DNA of 60,214 nucleotides, counting the filler, from Circinaria calcarea (taxonomy: Eukaryota): the NCBI GenBank assembly GCA_051942165.1. It is 14 parts of 14 records of this genome, joined end to end, with 100 filler letters (N's around TTAATTAATTAA, not from the genome) between each part and the next. Parts side by side here need not be neighbours in the genome. Positions count along the whole stretch, not along the records: positions 21,602 to 25,816 come from JAVECS010002406.1; positions 25,917 to 30,131 come from JAVECS010002407.1; positions 30,232 to 34,442 come from JAVECS010002408.1; positions 34,543 to 38,750 come from JAVECS010002409.1; 10 more parts are not named here. One strand, written 5' to 3'. Below, piece after piece: positions 25,379 through 38,850 of this stretch (position 1 is its first letter; every line of letters begins with the position of its first letter). Below the pieces are notes generated by a model. The model did no database searches and was not told where the DNA came from. It saw only the letters and a program-made list of their open reading frames with translations. The position numbers and the translations under genes are program-made.

Positions 25379-25916
25379 AACCGACAGAGGTCAAGTAGAG
25401 GTGAGCAGTGGAGAAGCGGGGTTGTAAGGAAAGAAAGCATAGTACATAAGGCGAGCTGAAACCATAATCAACGGATATAAAAATCTCAAATACCTGATTA
25501 CCCCACAACATGCAAGTCTTCTCGTTCCGTCTTGCTGCATATCATCAAACCTATCCCAGGCATTACAATCGGAAAGTTGCGGAAATACCCGTGCGTCAAA
25601 AAAAGACGCGATCTGTAGCGCTTCCATATGAAACCCTAAACCCTAAACTCCAAAAGCCCTTCATCCTTTCCGACCCCGAATATAAAACACAAGACCCCCA
25701 AGCCCTTTAGTTCCCGTGTCTTACCCACCATTTCCTCCCCGTTCCCACCCACCAGTAGTTTGGTCAGCACCTCCAATTCTACTTCGCTCTCCCAGGATCA
25801 TGCTTCCAGCCTTCTTNNNNNNNNNNNNNNNNNNNNNNNNNNNNNNNNNNNNNNNNNNNNTTAATTAATTAANNNNNNNNNNNNNNNNNNNNNNNNNNNN
25901 NNNNNNNNNNNNNNNN

Positions 25917-26121
25917 CAATAACCTGCCTGTTCTCCTCGATAGCTTCCCTGCAATCCCTATCACCCTCATCTGCAAAGCTTTGTAGTTCTTCATTCGAGG
26001 CTTCGAGATGTGCGATGGAGTTGCAGAGTTCGGCGGCTTTGGCGTGGAGGGAGTCCAAAGGAAGGGCGGCAAGAGCGGCAGCGAAGCGGGTGGGAGAGAT
26101 GGGGGTTGTGGTGGAGGACAT
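25917..26121 (-). CDS. Conserved small coiled-coil fungal hypothetical protein; 3'-truncated
   Basis: MSSTTTPISPTRFAAALAALPLDSLHAKAAELCNSIAHLEASNEELQSFADEGDRDCREAIEENRQVI stays open to the contig end; the F..AL..L....L.....E..NSI.HL..SN.EL...D..C.EAI.EN pattern is a recurrent fungal family. Confidence 0.7.
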
Positions 26122-26559
26122 GTTTGTTAACTTAGAGTTGGGTTATGCGAATGGTGGTCGGTTGCGATTTGGGAGGGGTGTGAGGTGGTCGGGGTTCATT
26201 GCGCGCTCAATCGAATAATCCGGTGAGTCAAGTGAAACAGGCTTATCTTTCAGCTGTATCAAGTCAATGATGGATGGAATCCACCGTAGCCAATTTAAAG
26301 AGCTCACTGGAGGATGTGGGGAGAATAGCGGATTAATCTATGATGCGCCAAAGGGCTGAAAAAATGCTGCTAGGGTGCCTTGTAGTGTGGACTGTACTTT
26401 GAATCTAACATCTGTGTACGGCTATTCATTGAAAGCCTCAGCAAACCGGCCTTCTTTCTTTTCCGTCTAGTCAAATGCCCATGATGCTTGTTTTTTAAGG
26501 GGTTCTCATGTAGATATACTCGGTTTCTGCAACGATTCGGTTGCATACAGGGCATTGAG

Positions 26560-28443
26560 ATGAACCATGTCTACGCAGTAACATGTCGTACATTCAACTG
26601 CGGCCTGCGAGCTGCAGGGCCCATGTTCAAGCTTCTTCCGCAGTATAGTATAAGCCAGATACCCGACCGATCTTCATCAACACAGCGGACAGAGCGAGAC
26701 AAGTCACTACAGTTAATGCGGCGATGCCCCCAAAGCCTACGTATTTGCAACTTGAGCCTGGGCCCTAAGAAACCCACGCATCGAAACTGCCTAGTTCAGA
26801 GCACGGCAAAGGCAGACTTTAGTACTACCGCAGGGGGAGCTGGGAAAAAACGAAGGTCTTCATCCCCCACGCCACAGCATAACAAACCCAGAACACACGC
26901 TGGTTGTGTTCATACGAATGAGCATGCGTCCAGTAAGCAAGGCGGCACCAAAAACCACCAGTCAGAAGGGAATCGACACGGTAAAAATGCTCTAAAGGAA
27001 TTGCCCCAGGATGTTATCACGAAGGTCTTCGGACCCGCCGTGTCTCAAGACGTGGGAAATGACGTTTTGCAAACTCTCCAGCTACAACGTATAACGGGCA
27101 CATTAGATCAAAAACTGCCGGAGCCCCGACTTGACGATCATCTGATAGCAAACGGATTGGCCTGGTTACGAACCAACTACCCGGTTGATGAAGACGCAGC
27201 TATCATCAAGAGGATTGAGGAGGAAGAGTTAAAAGCCGACAGTGAGTTGGTCGCGAATGCCGAAAGGATAGGGCTGTACAAGCCTCAGCAGGATGCCCAA
27301 AAAACTGGAATCTATGGCAAATCAGGGTTAGATGCTATCAAGAAGCACTATGAAGATCGGCAAATAAAGACTCAAGCAGATGAGATTCGTAATGCCGCTG
27401 GTGATAGTGCGGTCCTTCAAACTCCATCAGGTCGGGCTGTGCTTGCTCGACGATCCGAGTCCGCCGAATGGGTGAAGCGGTACAAAGAAAAGGCTGAATT
27501 CCTCAAGGCTTCAGAGCCAGCTAAGATGTCGAAGTTCAGACGGCTTTTCCCGTCAGCCGTATTTGTTATGTCCATTGTTGGATTGTCCATACTTTTTGCC
27601 CAGAATTATGTACCACCTCCGCGCCAGGCACGGCTGTGGCCAGATACGCCTCCTGCAGCTGCGACAGTGTTAACCATCATTGCTATGAACATTGCTGTAT
27701 TTATGGTGTGGAGGCTAGTACCTCCCATGTGGGGTTTCATGAACCGCTACTTTCTCTTGATCGCAGGCTGGCCTAGGCCAATAAGCCTTCTTGGTAACTG
27801 CTTTAGTCATCAAAAACCGGTGCATCTAGCTAGTAACATGGTTGCTTTGTGGTTTATTGGCACTCAAGGTATGTTCAGAGAACTTTCGACTATTTTCCGT
27901 AGAAGGCGACTTTACTAAGAAGTATACAGTACATGACGATATTGGCCGCGGGCCGTTTCTGGCCATCTTCCTCTCCTCCGCGGTTATTGCTTCGTTTTTT
28001 TCCTTGTCTAGGTCCGTGCTGAGCAACAATTTGTTAGTTTCATCGCTGGGATGTAGCGGCGCAGCAACTGGTCTTATCGCAACTTCATGTTATCTGCATT
28101 CTGGGTGCGTATTATGACACGCTGCTACTGCGTTTCTCGAACTGACAATTCATACAGAGAGGATTTCCACCTTGCGTTCTTGCCTGAGGATATAAGCCCA
28201 AACTTGCCAGCCAATGCTATTCTCATCTTACTTATTGGTATTGAGATCTTCGCCATAGCTCGGGGCCGGATGAAGAGGGTTGATCACTGGGCACATCTCG
28301 GTGGCTATGTAACCGGAATCTGCGGCGCTCATATAATCAAATATAAGCAAAAGCAGCGTGAAGATGTGGAATTGGAGAGGCGAAAGAAGATTGTCCTAGT
28401 TGAGGATATTTACAATATCGAGAAAAGCCAATTGCAGACTTAG
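26560..28443 (+). CDS. PCP1: Mitochondrial rhomboid intramembrane protease (Pcp1/PARL-like), 3 exons
   Basis: FSHQ..HL..NM..LW, then GRGPFLAIFL, catalytic SSLGCSGA and DHWAHLGG. Introns at ~27869-27928 and ~28105-28157. Basic N-terminal presequence-like region. Confidence 0.88.
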
Positions 28444-30231
28444 GTTTACGGAAGCAAACTGTCCGCAGGCATATATCTACGGCGAATCCGGCCAACCGTT
28501 GCCACTTGGTCTTACCTACAATGAGGCCAAAAATCTGCATTTGGATTAATCTCAGAACACAGCAACCTCCACTGGAACAAGATCCGAGTAAGGTGCTGCA
28601 AGAGCTACGGGTTCTGGTCTTACATTCCGATTTATCGTAGAAAGCCCAAGCTGTGCCGTATCTAATTGTCGATTCTCAGCCTCCCAAGGCACAGTTTTGA
28701 TGGCCAGATTACTCCCTTCGAATAGGATCCTCAACAACAACTTCAACCGTTTACGCAAGGCGCCCGGCCCTGCTCTTAGAATAGTACAAGAGCTGTGGGA
28801 CGCCTTACCACGTTGTAAGTATAGAGAATCCTATCGGGGAGATATGGAGTTAGGAGCTTGACTTTTTGATAGCTAGAACCTCCTTATAAAAGGCTGTCTT
28901 TCTCTAGCTTCCTCCCACTTTGTCACCCATTCATGCATCCACGACTCTATAGGTCAGGTACGAGTACTTGCCACACCTCATGAGACATCTCTGCCTTAGA
29001 GAGGTACTAGTTCATATCTAACAGCAAGTCCTATCTCAAGATGCTTGTACTACGACGGAGTAGCTCTGTCACTCTTTTCTCAAATATAATAATATCAGTT
29101 CACACTTCCTTGACACACCCGGATACTTTTTAATTCTTCGTTGACTGCGTCGAGTGCAGACAGTGATACATTTCACCCCGCCCTCGAATTTGAGCTCCAG
29201 TTACATCAACATCTGAAGTATCCATCGGATTTTGTGGCCTTTTTCATGCTTGCCTCTGCCCGTCGACCTTGTCAAAGAGTACCCCAAACCGTCTTTGTAC
29301 CTTCCCCAGATATCTCCAGCCTACCATTAGCACCAAGATGAACTTCACTCAATTGTGGCTCTTCTAAGTCATATTGAGCGAAGAGCTCTATCGCGATCCC
29401 CCTGATTCTCCCCAATCCTCACGGCAGAACCCTACAGTGTACCATTCGCCGCGCACTTCATGATCTCCTTCGGCTTCTTTGTCGATACGAGCCAGGATAG
29501 ACCCCAGGGACCCGTCGAACGCCCATTTCCAAGGCCTATCCCAAGGCCTATTTCCAACGCCTGTACCAGGCACCCTTACCATCACCGTTGGAAAAGAGTC
29601 TCCGGTACATAGGATACCACAACGAGAAATAGCCACTGGGCCGTTCTCCTACGCCAGCCAAGGAACTTAACGAGGAGTAAGTCAGGAAAAGCGGAAGGGT
29701 TTTCCAACAGCGCTATAGTCCCCTAGCGCTGAGTGGGAAGGAAGCGAAGAGCGGATTCGCTATCAAAGAGGTTAGGCTTGAGGATGGTGGAAATCAATAG
29801 GGAAGACAAGTCAGGCAGGGGAGAAATCAGAAAATCTCGGTTGAGTGTAGAACTAGGGCCGTTAGTGGAGTAGAGAAGATGGCAATGTGATGGGGAAGCC
29901 CGCTTAATCGGAAAAGATACGTGTGGATGGTTTCCGGGGGGGGTTTATTCCCTGGTCTACCAATCGAGTTGTAAGGTCCCGGGAGGGGGCCAATTGGAAA
30001 TCCGCACCACTTCTCCCCGCGCCTCTATCTTCGCCTGCCCCCTAGCCCGATTTCCCCCCTTTTATCTTCACCTTTTCTGATCACCCAACCTAACCCATTC
30101 CCTTTTCCATTCCCTTTCCCCTCCCTTTCCCNNNNNNNNNNNNNNNNNNNNNNNNNNNNNNNNNNNNNNNNNNNNTTAATTAATTAANNNNNNNNNNNNN
30201 NNNNNNNNNNNNNNNNNNNNNNNNNNNNNNN

Positions 30232-31159
30232 AACATGTTGTCCTGAGGACCATCTCTGCTGGCAACATGCATCCTACTCTTCACCGTGATATAGGGATAG
30301 GTAATACTTGTCGCCAGGAGCTTCCCAATAGCACCCAAGTAGAAGGCGTCTCTGGGCATGACCCTCCTCCTCTTCTCCAGCATATTCTTAAGCTGCTCGA
30401 AGATCGTGTACTGCAGTATCGGATTTATAACCAACACCAATGCCGGTAGCACACCCGCGAATAACGCAGTCGGTCCCTCTTCCCTGAATAAGGACATCAG
30501 CGTTGCTAGTGTAGATGGCTTCTTCGCCGGCTTGCCGGATCCACCAGGGAGGTCTGTGTCGTGCGATCCTGACTGCCGGGCGGTCATTCGCGTATTGATA
30601 ACCCAGATGGGATTGGTGATAAGCACGGTAGCGCTACCGGCTATAGCACCCGCGATCATGGATTCCACAGTTGTGAGTTTCGAGGAGGCGCGGGAGGACT
30701 TTATGGCGGCACGTTCGAAGAATGAACGGGTCCATTCGTACCCTTTGACATTCGTCAGCTCTCGAGTAGGGGTCTGTGGAGAGGCTAGTGAGGAAGCATA
30801 CAGTAGTAGTACACAAAGTTCGTCACGCTGATACCAAAAAGAGCAGAGTCTAGACCGGAGTATAGCCCTGAAATCCCCTCTCTTTGAACAATGCGGCGGG
30901 CAGCATCGTAGGTGGAGGACTGGGCACGTTTTGATTCGACTTGAGCGCGGGTAGACAGAGTGATGAGAGGGTAGCTAAATTGACATGATTGGCATTGGAG
31001 CTCACATGATTAGGGCATTTCTTACGTCAATGTCATAGATAGCAGGCCACCGCCTGCTCCGGCGAGGGCGTGAGCAATGTTGTCACCTTGTTGAGCTGCG
31101 GACGTTGCAACTATCGGTTGAGTGCTTTGCTGAGCAAGGGACTTTTGCGGTTGAGACAT
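30232..31159 (-). CDS. PMP47: Peroxisomal mitochondrial-carrier-family protein (PMP47/SLC25A17-like); 3'-truncated
   Basis: MSQPQK...DNIAHALAGAGGGLLSMTLT/YPLITLSTRAQVE...LYSGLDSALFGISVTNFVYYY/..EWTR...TNPIWVINTRM...TYPYITVKSRM; three carrier-type P-x-x-x-x-x-R repeats across two introns. Confidence 0.9.
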
Positions 31160-31673
31160 GACTGTAGGGAGTCTGAGCTTTGCTTTTGGGTGATACGGTA
31201 TAAACGTTTAGTTGGGCGTTTGCTGCTCAGTGTCAAGCAAGTTAGGAGCTGATGCTCGGTATTAAGCATTCTGGATGAGTGGATGAGGGGCCCTTCTTGT
31301 CCACACATGACGTTCAATGAACCGAGGCATGTGAAGACGCGTGATAGATAATTTCCTATTCGAGGCATGCAAATTCCACAATAATAAACCACAATTATCA
31401 AGAATTGCCATCTGAATCGCGACATTAATCATAATATCCAGCCAAATAAAACAATATCAGAATAAGTAAGCATAAGCCCATATTTACTGTTTCGTGTGGA
31501 ATCTCAGCTGCCATTATCGGAGGATAGGGTCTCTGGATGGCTACGTGCATCTGGAGCAGAAACTCTAACAGACTACTTGAGATGCATCAAAGGACTGACT
31601 TTGACATGTCTGAGATTCAGGTTCCGCTCTCCTATAAGGATCCTCGTGCCTTTTGTTTGGGCCGAGTGTCCAA

Positions 31674-33479
31674 ATGCAGGATGTCTTTCAGTATCCGTTC
31701 CAGAAAGACAAATTTCGCTATTATCAACCTCAGCCGCCCAGGCAGGCCCCTACAGCACACATGCTAGACCCTAATCTGGAAACCCAGGAAACACCACAGG
31801 CGAACGATGAGACGTTTGCTGAAAATACCATGGATCCAGATGTACAGAAAGAAACTCCAAAATCCGAAGCTGGAGAGCCTTCGCGCGTTCTGCCATCTAC
31901 CGCCATTACCGCGAATAACGTCGATGAGGCTTATGTACAGTTTATCTTTTACTGTAACCCAAACATCCCATTATCAACAGATACATCCGAGTTGAGAAGA
32001 GGGTTTCGGTCCCCGCCGAAGACCGATGGCAAAATCTTTGATACCTTTGTCCTGTTCGGACTGATCAAACGGCTGGAAGCCAAAGAAATCGAGACGTGGT
32101 CACAGCTAGTTATTGAGCTTGGAGTGGAGCCACCAGATCCTGTCAAGAATCAAAGTACTCAAAAGGTGCAGCAATTCGCTGTAAGATTGAAGGTAGAACT
32201 ATCCTTAGCAGCTTTCTTATACTTTGTCTTCATATCAATTTCGCTATCCCTACCTGATTATAAAAACTGATATATGATCTCATAGCGGTGGCTTCATGCT
32301 TTTCATATCGATGCTTTCTTTCAGTATTGCCTCGGGAAGCAGAATACGTATTTCTTGGATATTACGTCGCCCGACCAATCGCTGGCTGATCTTGTCCGAG
32401 ATGGCGTGTCGTCCGAAGAAGATCTCGCAATTAGGGCTCTGCTTCCCGAATGGCGGCCAAAGCGTGGAAGGCGAAAAACAGACCATTCCGAGGCCAATGA
32501 TGACTCCCCTGCTAAACGAATACAGAGGGCTAGGTCTGCAACTGCAGAGGCCTCTGCACCGATTCAAACCGGCTATTCTACTTACCCTCAAAGTGCTTTC
32601 CCTTGGGGACCCGGGTCGGATCATGAGTCTGCATGGGCAGCGGCTCAACGTGCCGTTACGCCGAATTCATCTACCCAAAGCCAAATGTTTGGAACACAAG
32701 GAACGTCCGTAGCATATCCCGGACAACAGGGTTTTTGGGGAGACGGCACCCAAAACACACCTGCAACCCCCTACCCGCAGTCTGCTGTTACACCACGTAT
32801 TAACCACAATAATTTCAGTCAAGGAGACACACCCCAATCCGCCCATCCTCAAACAAGTTCCCCCTCTTTCCGTGGTAGAAAGCGACATGGTCCTGCTGTA
32901 TCAGCCGCTTGGCCTATTACAGGTGGTGGTGCTTCTACCGGAAAACTTCGAGGAAGGCCGCCAAGCGATCGTTCAGTCCAAAATGGTCCTTTCTCAACAT
33001 TCCCTGTCAATCCAACATCTAAAAATGGATTACCGAAGAACAACACAGTTGCACAACCTCCCGCGTCCGAGACTGCTGGCTCTAACCCTGAAGCTGAGAA
33101 AGCCACTCAGGCCATAGCGACGCCTGGTCCCCCTAGGGGTGTCGGTACACCATTAGTGACAAGGCCGAGCAAATTGCAGCTGCAAGTACCTCAACACGAA
33201 GGCGGACCAGTAAGACTCGCCACGCCGCCGCCCAAAGTCCTTCTTAATGGTGAAGACAATGGTCTTGAAGTGAGACCTTCATCATATCACGTTCGGCGTA
33301 CATCTGCAGACTTTTTCAACACCATCGATGAGGAAGCCGATGATGATGGCAATGACGACTATACTGAAGCTGATGGGATCGATTGGAAAAGGAGAGCATT
33401 TCTGCTGAAGCGCAAGTTGGAAGAAAAAGAAGAAGAGCTAAAAGCCTTGCGGCGCCGAGTTTTGGAGGCGGTAATGTGA
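31674..33479 (+). CDS. ARS-binding protein 2 (Abp2)-domain protein; start approximate
   Basis: DEAYVQFIFYCNPNIP...FRSPPKTDGK...TWSQLVIELGVEPP..QSTQKVQQFAVRLK / intron 32193-32285 / RWLHAFHIDAFFQY...RDGV..EEDLAIRALLP.WRPKRGRRK, followed by LRGRPP (AT-hook-like) and a C-terminal coiled coil. Confidence 0.85.
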
Positions 33480-34353
33480 TCGACAGCTAAAAATTCCTGA
33501 ACCATCCAGCAACAGAATTAAGTTAATTGCCTTAAGGATGGCTGCGGGAATTCATTAGAGGAAGACTTCGATCGCGAGCCACAACAAGAACGACATGAAA
33601 ACCAAATTGGCAAACTACCACAGGAACCTAGCTAAAGTTCAGATACGTCTTTAGATGGTCAGCGTTAAGAGCGTGCGTGTCATTGGAGTAAAATTTAAAA
33701 GCGCAATGCCAAAAGGCGCAACTAATCAAGTAAAAAAAATAAACAGGTGGGAGGGCTTGATCACTGGACTCACTTCAACACAAAACCGCAAAATTTAACA
33801 CACCTACAGGCCGGGAATACCTCGAGGCTTGTGTTGGCTCTGTGCTTAATACGAGATAGTCTGACAATTGGAACGATCGGTTATATTCTGACTTTGAGCT
33901 TGCCTTTGGTCCAAAAATCTAAATGAGGCAAATATATGCTGTTTCGGTTTCCTGAATGACGATATTAGCAACGCTACGTCTAAGAATCTCCTTTGCCAAA
34001 ACCAGGCAGCTGATGATGACGCTCGAAGGTTGAAAGAATCGCCATGAAAGTATGAACAAGATACCCGACATCAACTAAAAAGCCAGTTCGACGAGGCACT
34101 TTCTCCAGTTAAAACGTTACTAGGCCCAGATCTTTAAGCCGAAACGAGTGTGTGCGCGTGTGTGCTGGAGGAGATGCCTGTGCCTTTGAGACTGGAGCAG
34201 GGGTTGCACGTCATGAGGATTGGGCGTTGCGTTGCAGGAGGCGCTGCTGACGAGGTGGAGTGGTGAGGTTTTATGAGGAGAGGAAGAGCGTCGAGGGGGT
34301 TCGATGTTGTAGGGGATTAGGAATGATCACGACACTACGACCTAACTCAGTCT

Positions 34354-34442
34354 ACGTGACATACCCAGATCCCATCCCCCTTTCCCTTCATTGAGCCACC
34401 CTCAATGAAGGGAAAGGGGGATGGGATCTGGGTATGTCACGT
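34354..34442. repeat. Perfect 42-bp inverted repeat (5-nt loop) at a contig end
   Basis: 34354-34395 is the exact reverse complement of 34401-34442; it ends at the spacer. Confidence 0.95.
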
Positions 34443-34542
34443 NNNNNNNNNNNNNNNNNNNNNNNNNNNNNNNNNNNNNNNNNNNNTTAATTAATTAANN
34501 NNNNNNNNNNNNNNNNNNNNNNNNNNNNNNNNNNNNNNNNNN

Positions 34543-37500
34543 CTTCGCCAACGCCGCGAGCGCGTTCCCGCTGATAGACGTCAAGGCGTGCATCCTGACT
34601 TTTGGTGGTTTTGCCCCCGTGACGGAGGAGGCTATGGCGCGCTGTAGGTGCGAGTAGATGATGTATTGCGGGAGGTCCTTGGGTGGGAGATGCGAGAGGA
34701 CGGACGAAGGGTGGATGTAGACCGCTTTGTCGTCGAGCTCTTGCGGTTTTCCCGCGTTGGAGGGGAAGAGCGTGAGATATGGTACATCGATTGCGCGTTT
34801 GGGTTTGCCGGGTACTTCGGGTGGGGTAGGAGCTAAGTCGGCACGGATGGCGACTTGGTCAATGAAGCCGGCGGCGAGGATCTGTTTCAACGCTTTGAGT
34901 TGTTTCTCGGTAGGCTCCGGGAGGCGTGACTGAAAGGTACCGAGGAGACCGGGACGGTTTAGGCGGACGATGTCGAAGAGTTGACGCCGGAATTGGGAAG
35001 CTTCTTTTAGGGCTTTGGAGCGGAGGAACATGGAGCTACAGAATGCCTCTGGATCATCGGCGTAGGCGTATGCGCAGACGGCGGAGAGCAATTTGAGAGC
35101 GTCAGAGGCAAGATCTCGTTTGCTAAATAAGTAATGTGCTTTGTTGAAGTCTCGTTTACGTTGCTCGCGGACGGTGTCTTCAAGTCTTGCTGCATTGGTA
35201 TAGACTCCGCCCACTTCACGGGTTGAAACGACCATGTCTAGTTGACTTTCTGGTACGAAGAGATCTGGTACGACGAGAGCTGCAACCATCGCAATAGTGT
35301 AAGGCATACATCCGTGTTGATGACCTATTAGAAGCACCTTGGAGAAACGAGGAGACAATGGATATATTGATAGATCTCGGCCGATATCTGTAACCTGTCC
35401 TGCTGTAGTGACAGCTCCGAGATATGTTAGCAGTTTCTCTGCTTTGGTTAGACTCTGACGGTCTGGTGGCGTTGGGAATGGAAAATTCACGACATGCTGC
35501 AGATCCATGGATTTGAGTTGGAGTACTACACCCTCAACCGGCATACGGAGGATTTCTGGTTCACCATACTCTTCAAAGTCTCGCTCGTAAATAGCAGAGG
35601 AGTAGAGTCGATAGCAGTGTCCTGGCCCGGTACGGCCAGCACGTCCAGCCCGTTGACTCGCACTGGCTTTACTGATCCACCCAATCTCAAAGCTTTGTAC
35701 CCCGGTGTTCTTATCGTATTTCTTCTCTTTCGCTCGCCCGCAGTCAAACACATAACGGATACCGGGAATGGTAAGACTCGTTTCCGCTACGTTTGTTGCT
35801 AGAACAATCAGCCGAGTACCGTCCGGTGTTGGTTCGAAGACTCGAAGTTGTTCCCTAGTAGGGAGTTGAGAGTACAACGGCAGAATATGTACGCCAGACG
35901 ACGTTGTTGGGCTTTCGCCAATTTCAAATTCTCGGCCATCGCCAGCATCTCTTTCATCTATGCTTTCCTCACTGCCTTCGAGCTCGCTGTCATATACTTG
36001 GTCATCATTTCCAATGTCGACGTCCTCTATCTCCAAAGGTGCTTCGCTAGCTCCAATGCGCACGCGTGGGCCATTGCTGGTGTCGTAAATATCAGATAGC
36101 GATTGCTTGAGTCTTTTCGCTAATGCAGTAATCTCATTTTGTCCAGTCAGAAAGACGAGCATCCCCCCGGGTGGAAGCTTTTTGTGTGCTCTGCTGACTT
36201 TCACGAAAGCTTCTTCCAGATAATCACGTTGTGTTCGGCGTGCAAAATGTACAGTGACAGGATACTGACGCCCTTCCGCCTGCAACAGGGGTGGTGAACC
36301 ATGACGGAACAGATTAGGATTATTGGTAAAGTCGGATATTCTTAGGGTAGCAGACATGATGACCAATTTCAGGGGTCGAATCTCAACATTACTCCGGCTC
36401 ATTGTAAGTCGGAGATCAACAATTCTGCTGACCATACCTATCAGAATGTCGGTGTTGGCACTTCTCTCGTGTGCTTCATCTATAATGATAGCGGAGTATT
36501 TTGTTAATGCAAAGTCTTTTGCAATCTCACGGATCAAAATACCGTCCGTCATGTACTTGATCGCAGTCTTCTGGCTAACGGTACTGTCAAATCGTATTTG
36601 ATACGACACTTTCCCAGATGCACTCCCCATTTCATCAGCAACACGTTTAGCCATACTAACCGCTGCAACCCTGCGAGGTTGAGTAACGCCAATCATACCA
36701 GGGGTAGGGCCGTCCAAGGTTCCGTAACCAGCTTCATAAAGGAATTGAGGAACCTGTGTTGTTTTTCCACTTCCAGTGGCACCCCAGATAACAACGGCAG
36801 GATTATTATGGATAGCTTCCATGATCTTCTGCTCCTCTGCGACAACTGGAAGGCCGAGTCTAGCTTCTTGGATCTCGGTTGATCGATTAACGTGAACACT
36901 GAATGCCTTACGGTCTGGAATCTTGCTCAATGTTTCAAGCTCTGGAGGTAACGGATCATGTTCGGGGGATCTTGGTCTGTCTCGGATTCGATTTTGAGCT
37001 TCCACGTTGTGCGAAATCGATGCTATAGCTGTAGGCGTAAACCCCAAAGCCTCGTTAACCCGCTCAGCTGCCCATGCTCTGAAGGCCGAAGATCGTTCCT
37101 TACGGTTGTTTACGCCTTCGGCGTTATCCTCTTCATTGGAAGAAGTTGCAGGTTGTTCTTCAGTAGATATATCTACATTATCAGCACCTGTGCCTAACTC
37201 GGAGTCTGTCTGAGTACCCGTTGAAAACGTAACTGAGCTTGACGATTGCGAAGGTCCATCGGAGTCCGATTGCGCAGAAAATCCTTCCCATGGCACAGAA
37301 GATGAAGGAATGAATGTCATCTTTCGTAGTTTGAGCCTAGGTCTCTTCCTTAGAACTGGATAGCCATCATCTCCAAGCTCAAGAGGTCTCTTGAGGCCAG
37401 TGCCGATGGTACCTGGTATTGAAACAGCTGCTGTTGCCTCCGGGCGTTGAAGCTCTTGATAAGGAATGTCCGAATCATCGGAATAAGCCTCGCCCAGGTC

Positions 37501-37974
37501 CCCAGACTCATATAAAACATTATGATTGTTCTCACAATTGATTTTGGCCTGCTCCTCCTTAAGGGCCTTTGCTAGGACATTGCGTTTAGACTTTTTGCCA
37601 ACGCCAAGGGTTTTTGAACTCCTCAGCAAAGACGTATCAGTGGTTTCAATGGCCAGCTTTTTGATAAGATCAAGATTTTCCTCTTTCTTGAGTTTATTAT
37701 CCTACATCCGAAGTCAGCGATTTGACAATGGCACCCTTGCAATACGATCTTTTACAATATATTTATCTAGCCTTTTCTGCTTCTTACTTGATATCTTGGG
37801 TTGCTGAGAGCGTAAGGTATCTTTAAGTTCTTGCCGTCTCTTTTCTTTTTCCTGTTTGCTAATGGGGATAGTTTCCGCCTCATTAGGGTTCCCAAGACTG
37901 GTCCCATTCTGAGACTCTGTTATTTCCCTCCGCCTCCATTTATGCTTACGGTCTCTGGGTACAAATCGCGTCAT
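34543..37974 (-). CDS. DHR1: DEAH-box RNA helicase Dhr1/Ecm16 (DHX37); 3'-truncated
   Basis: Exon 1 MTRFVPRDRKHK...SSKKQKRLDKYI, an intron, then a long exon with GATGSGKTTQ, TQPRRVAA, DEAH, MSAT, ATNVAETSLTIPG and QRAGRAGR. Confidence 0.95.
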
Positions 37975-38414
37975 GAGTTATTGAAGAGGTCATGCATAAT
38001 CATGTTGATCAAGGCATAGAGGGCGAAGCAAACCATAGCCAGCATTTTACTGTATGAAGGAGGATTTTACTGTGGCGTTATGCGGCTCAATGAGGTGTGG
38101 CTCAGAACAGCTAGTGCTGATTATGCAACATTATGTAGACGCATAAAATGGCATCACCGAAATCGGAGGGCACATTCTCCAGACCGCAATAGCTCCACCA
38201 TTCCAAATCCGGGAGTGAGGGTTTGGATAGCTTCCACTACCAGCACAGATCCTGATATGTAAACATTTTTTAAAATCTCACTCTCCTTACCATACCATTC
38301 ATTAACTTTCTCACGGCGAACCCCATTTTTCTTGTTGATTGAACAATTTTACGGGCAATTGGACGTGGCGGAAGGCCCGAACAAAACTTCCCCCTTTGTG
38401 CTCCATCGACAGCA

Positions 38415-38750
38415 ATGAATCGACTTCCTCCGACCACAGGCTATCCGGTGAACCTAAAGCAAGCAGCCGGTCTCGTCGATGGAACGCCCACTGATGTTAT
38501 GCTGTCTTACTTCTCCGACAAGATCATGATCACCGTTACTCAAGGTGGGAGACTGGCTCAATGGGTAAGCACGCCGCAGCAACCGTTGATAAGAGCCTCG
38601 CCGTTGACGATCTTTTAGATGCAAGTACCCTTAAACTCCACAAATCCAGGTCTGGCGGACAATCACCTTTCAGGGGGCTCTAACGAAGATGGACAGTTAC
38701 CGTTGATTCACTTAACCTCACACACCCTGCTTGGTGGGTCCAGTTCTGAA
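38415..38750 (+). CDS. Proteasome assembly chaperone 3-like (PAC3); 3'-truncated
   Basis: KQAAGLVDGTPTDV...FSDKIMITVTQGGRLAQW / intron GTAAGC..TAG / MQVPL...LPLIHLT..TLLGG; the F.DKI.IT.TQ.G motif is typical of PAC3. Confidence 0.75.
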
Positions 38751-38850
38751 NNNNNNNNNNNNNNNNNNNNNNNNNNNNNNNNNNNNNNNNNNNNTTAATT
38801 AATTAANNNNNNNNNNNNNNNNNNNNNNNNNNNNNNNNNNNNNNNNNNNN

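Noticed and set aside
28552..29670. Possible retroelement gag or kinase remnant (e.g. IESWMHEWVTKWEEA on the minus strand)
   Set aside because: Fragments are too short and stop-ridden to assign; no LTR, RT or integrase motif seen.
3599..31159. Peroxisomal acyl-CoA synthetase plus PMP47 as a functional cluster
   Set aside because: They lie on different contigs ordered only by size.
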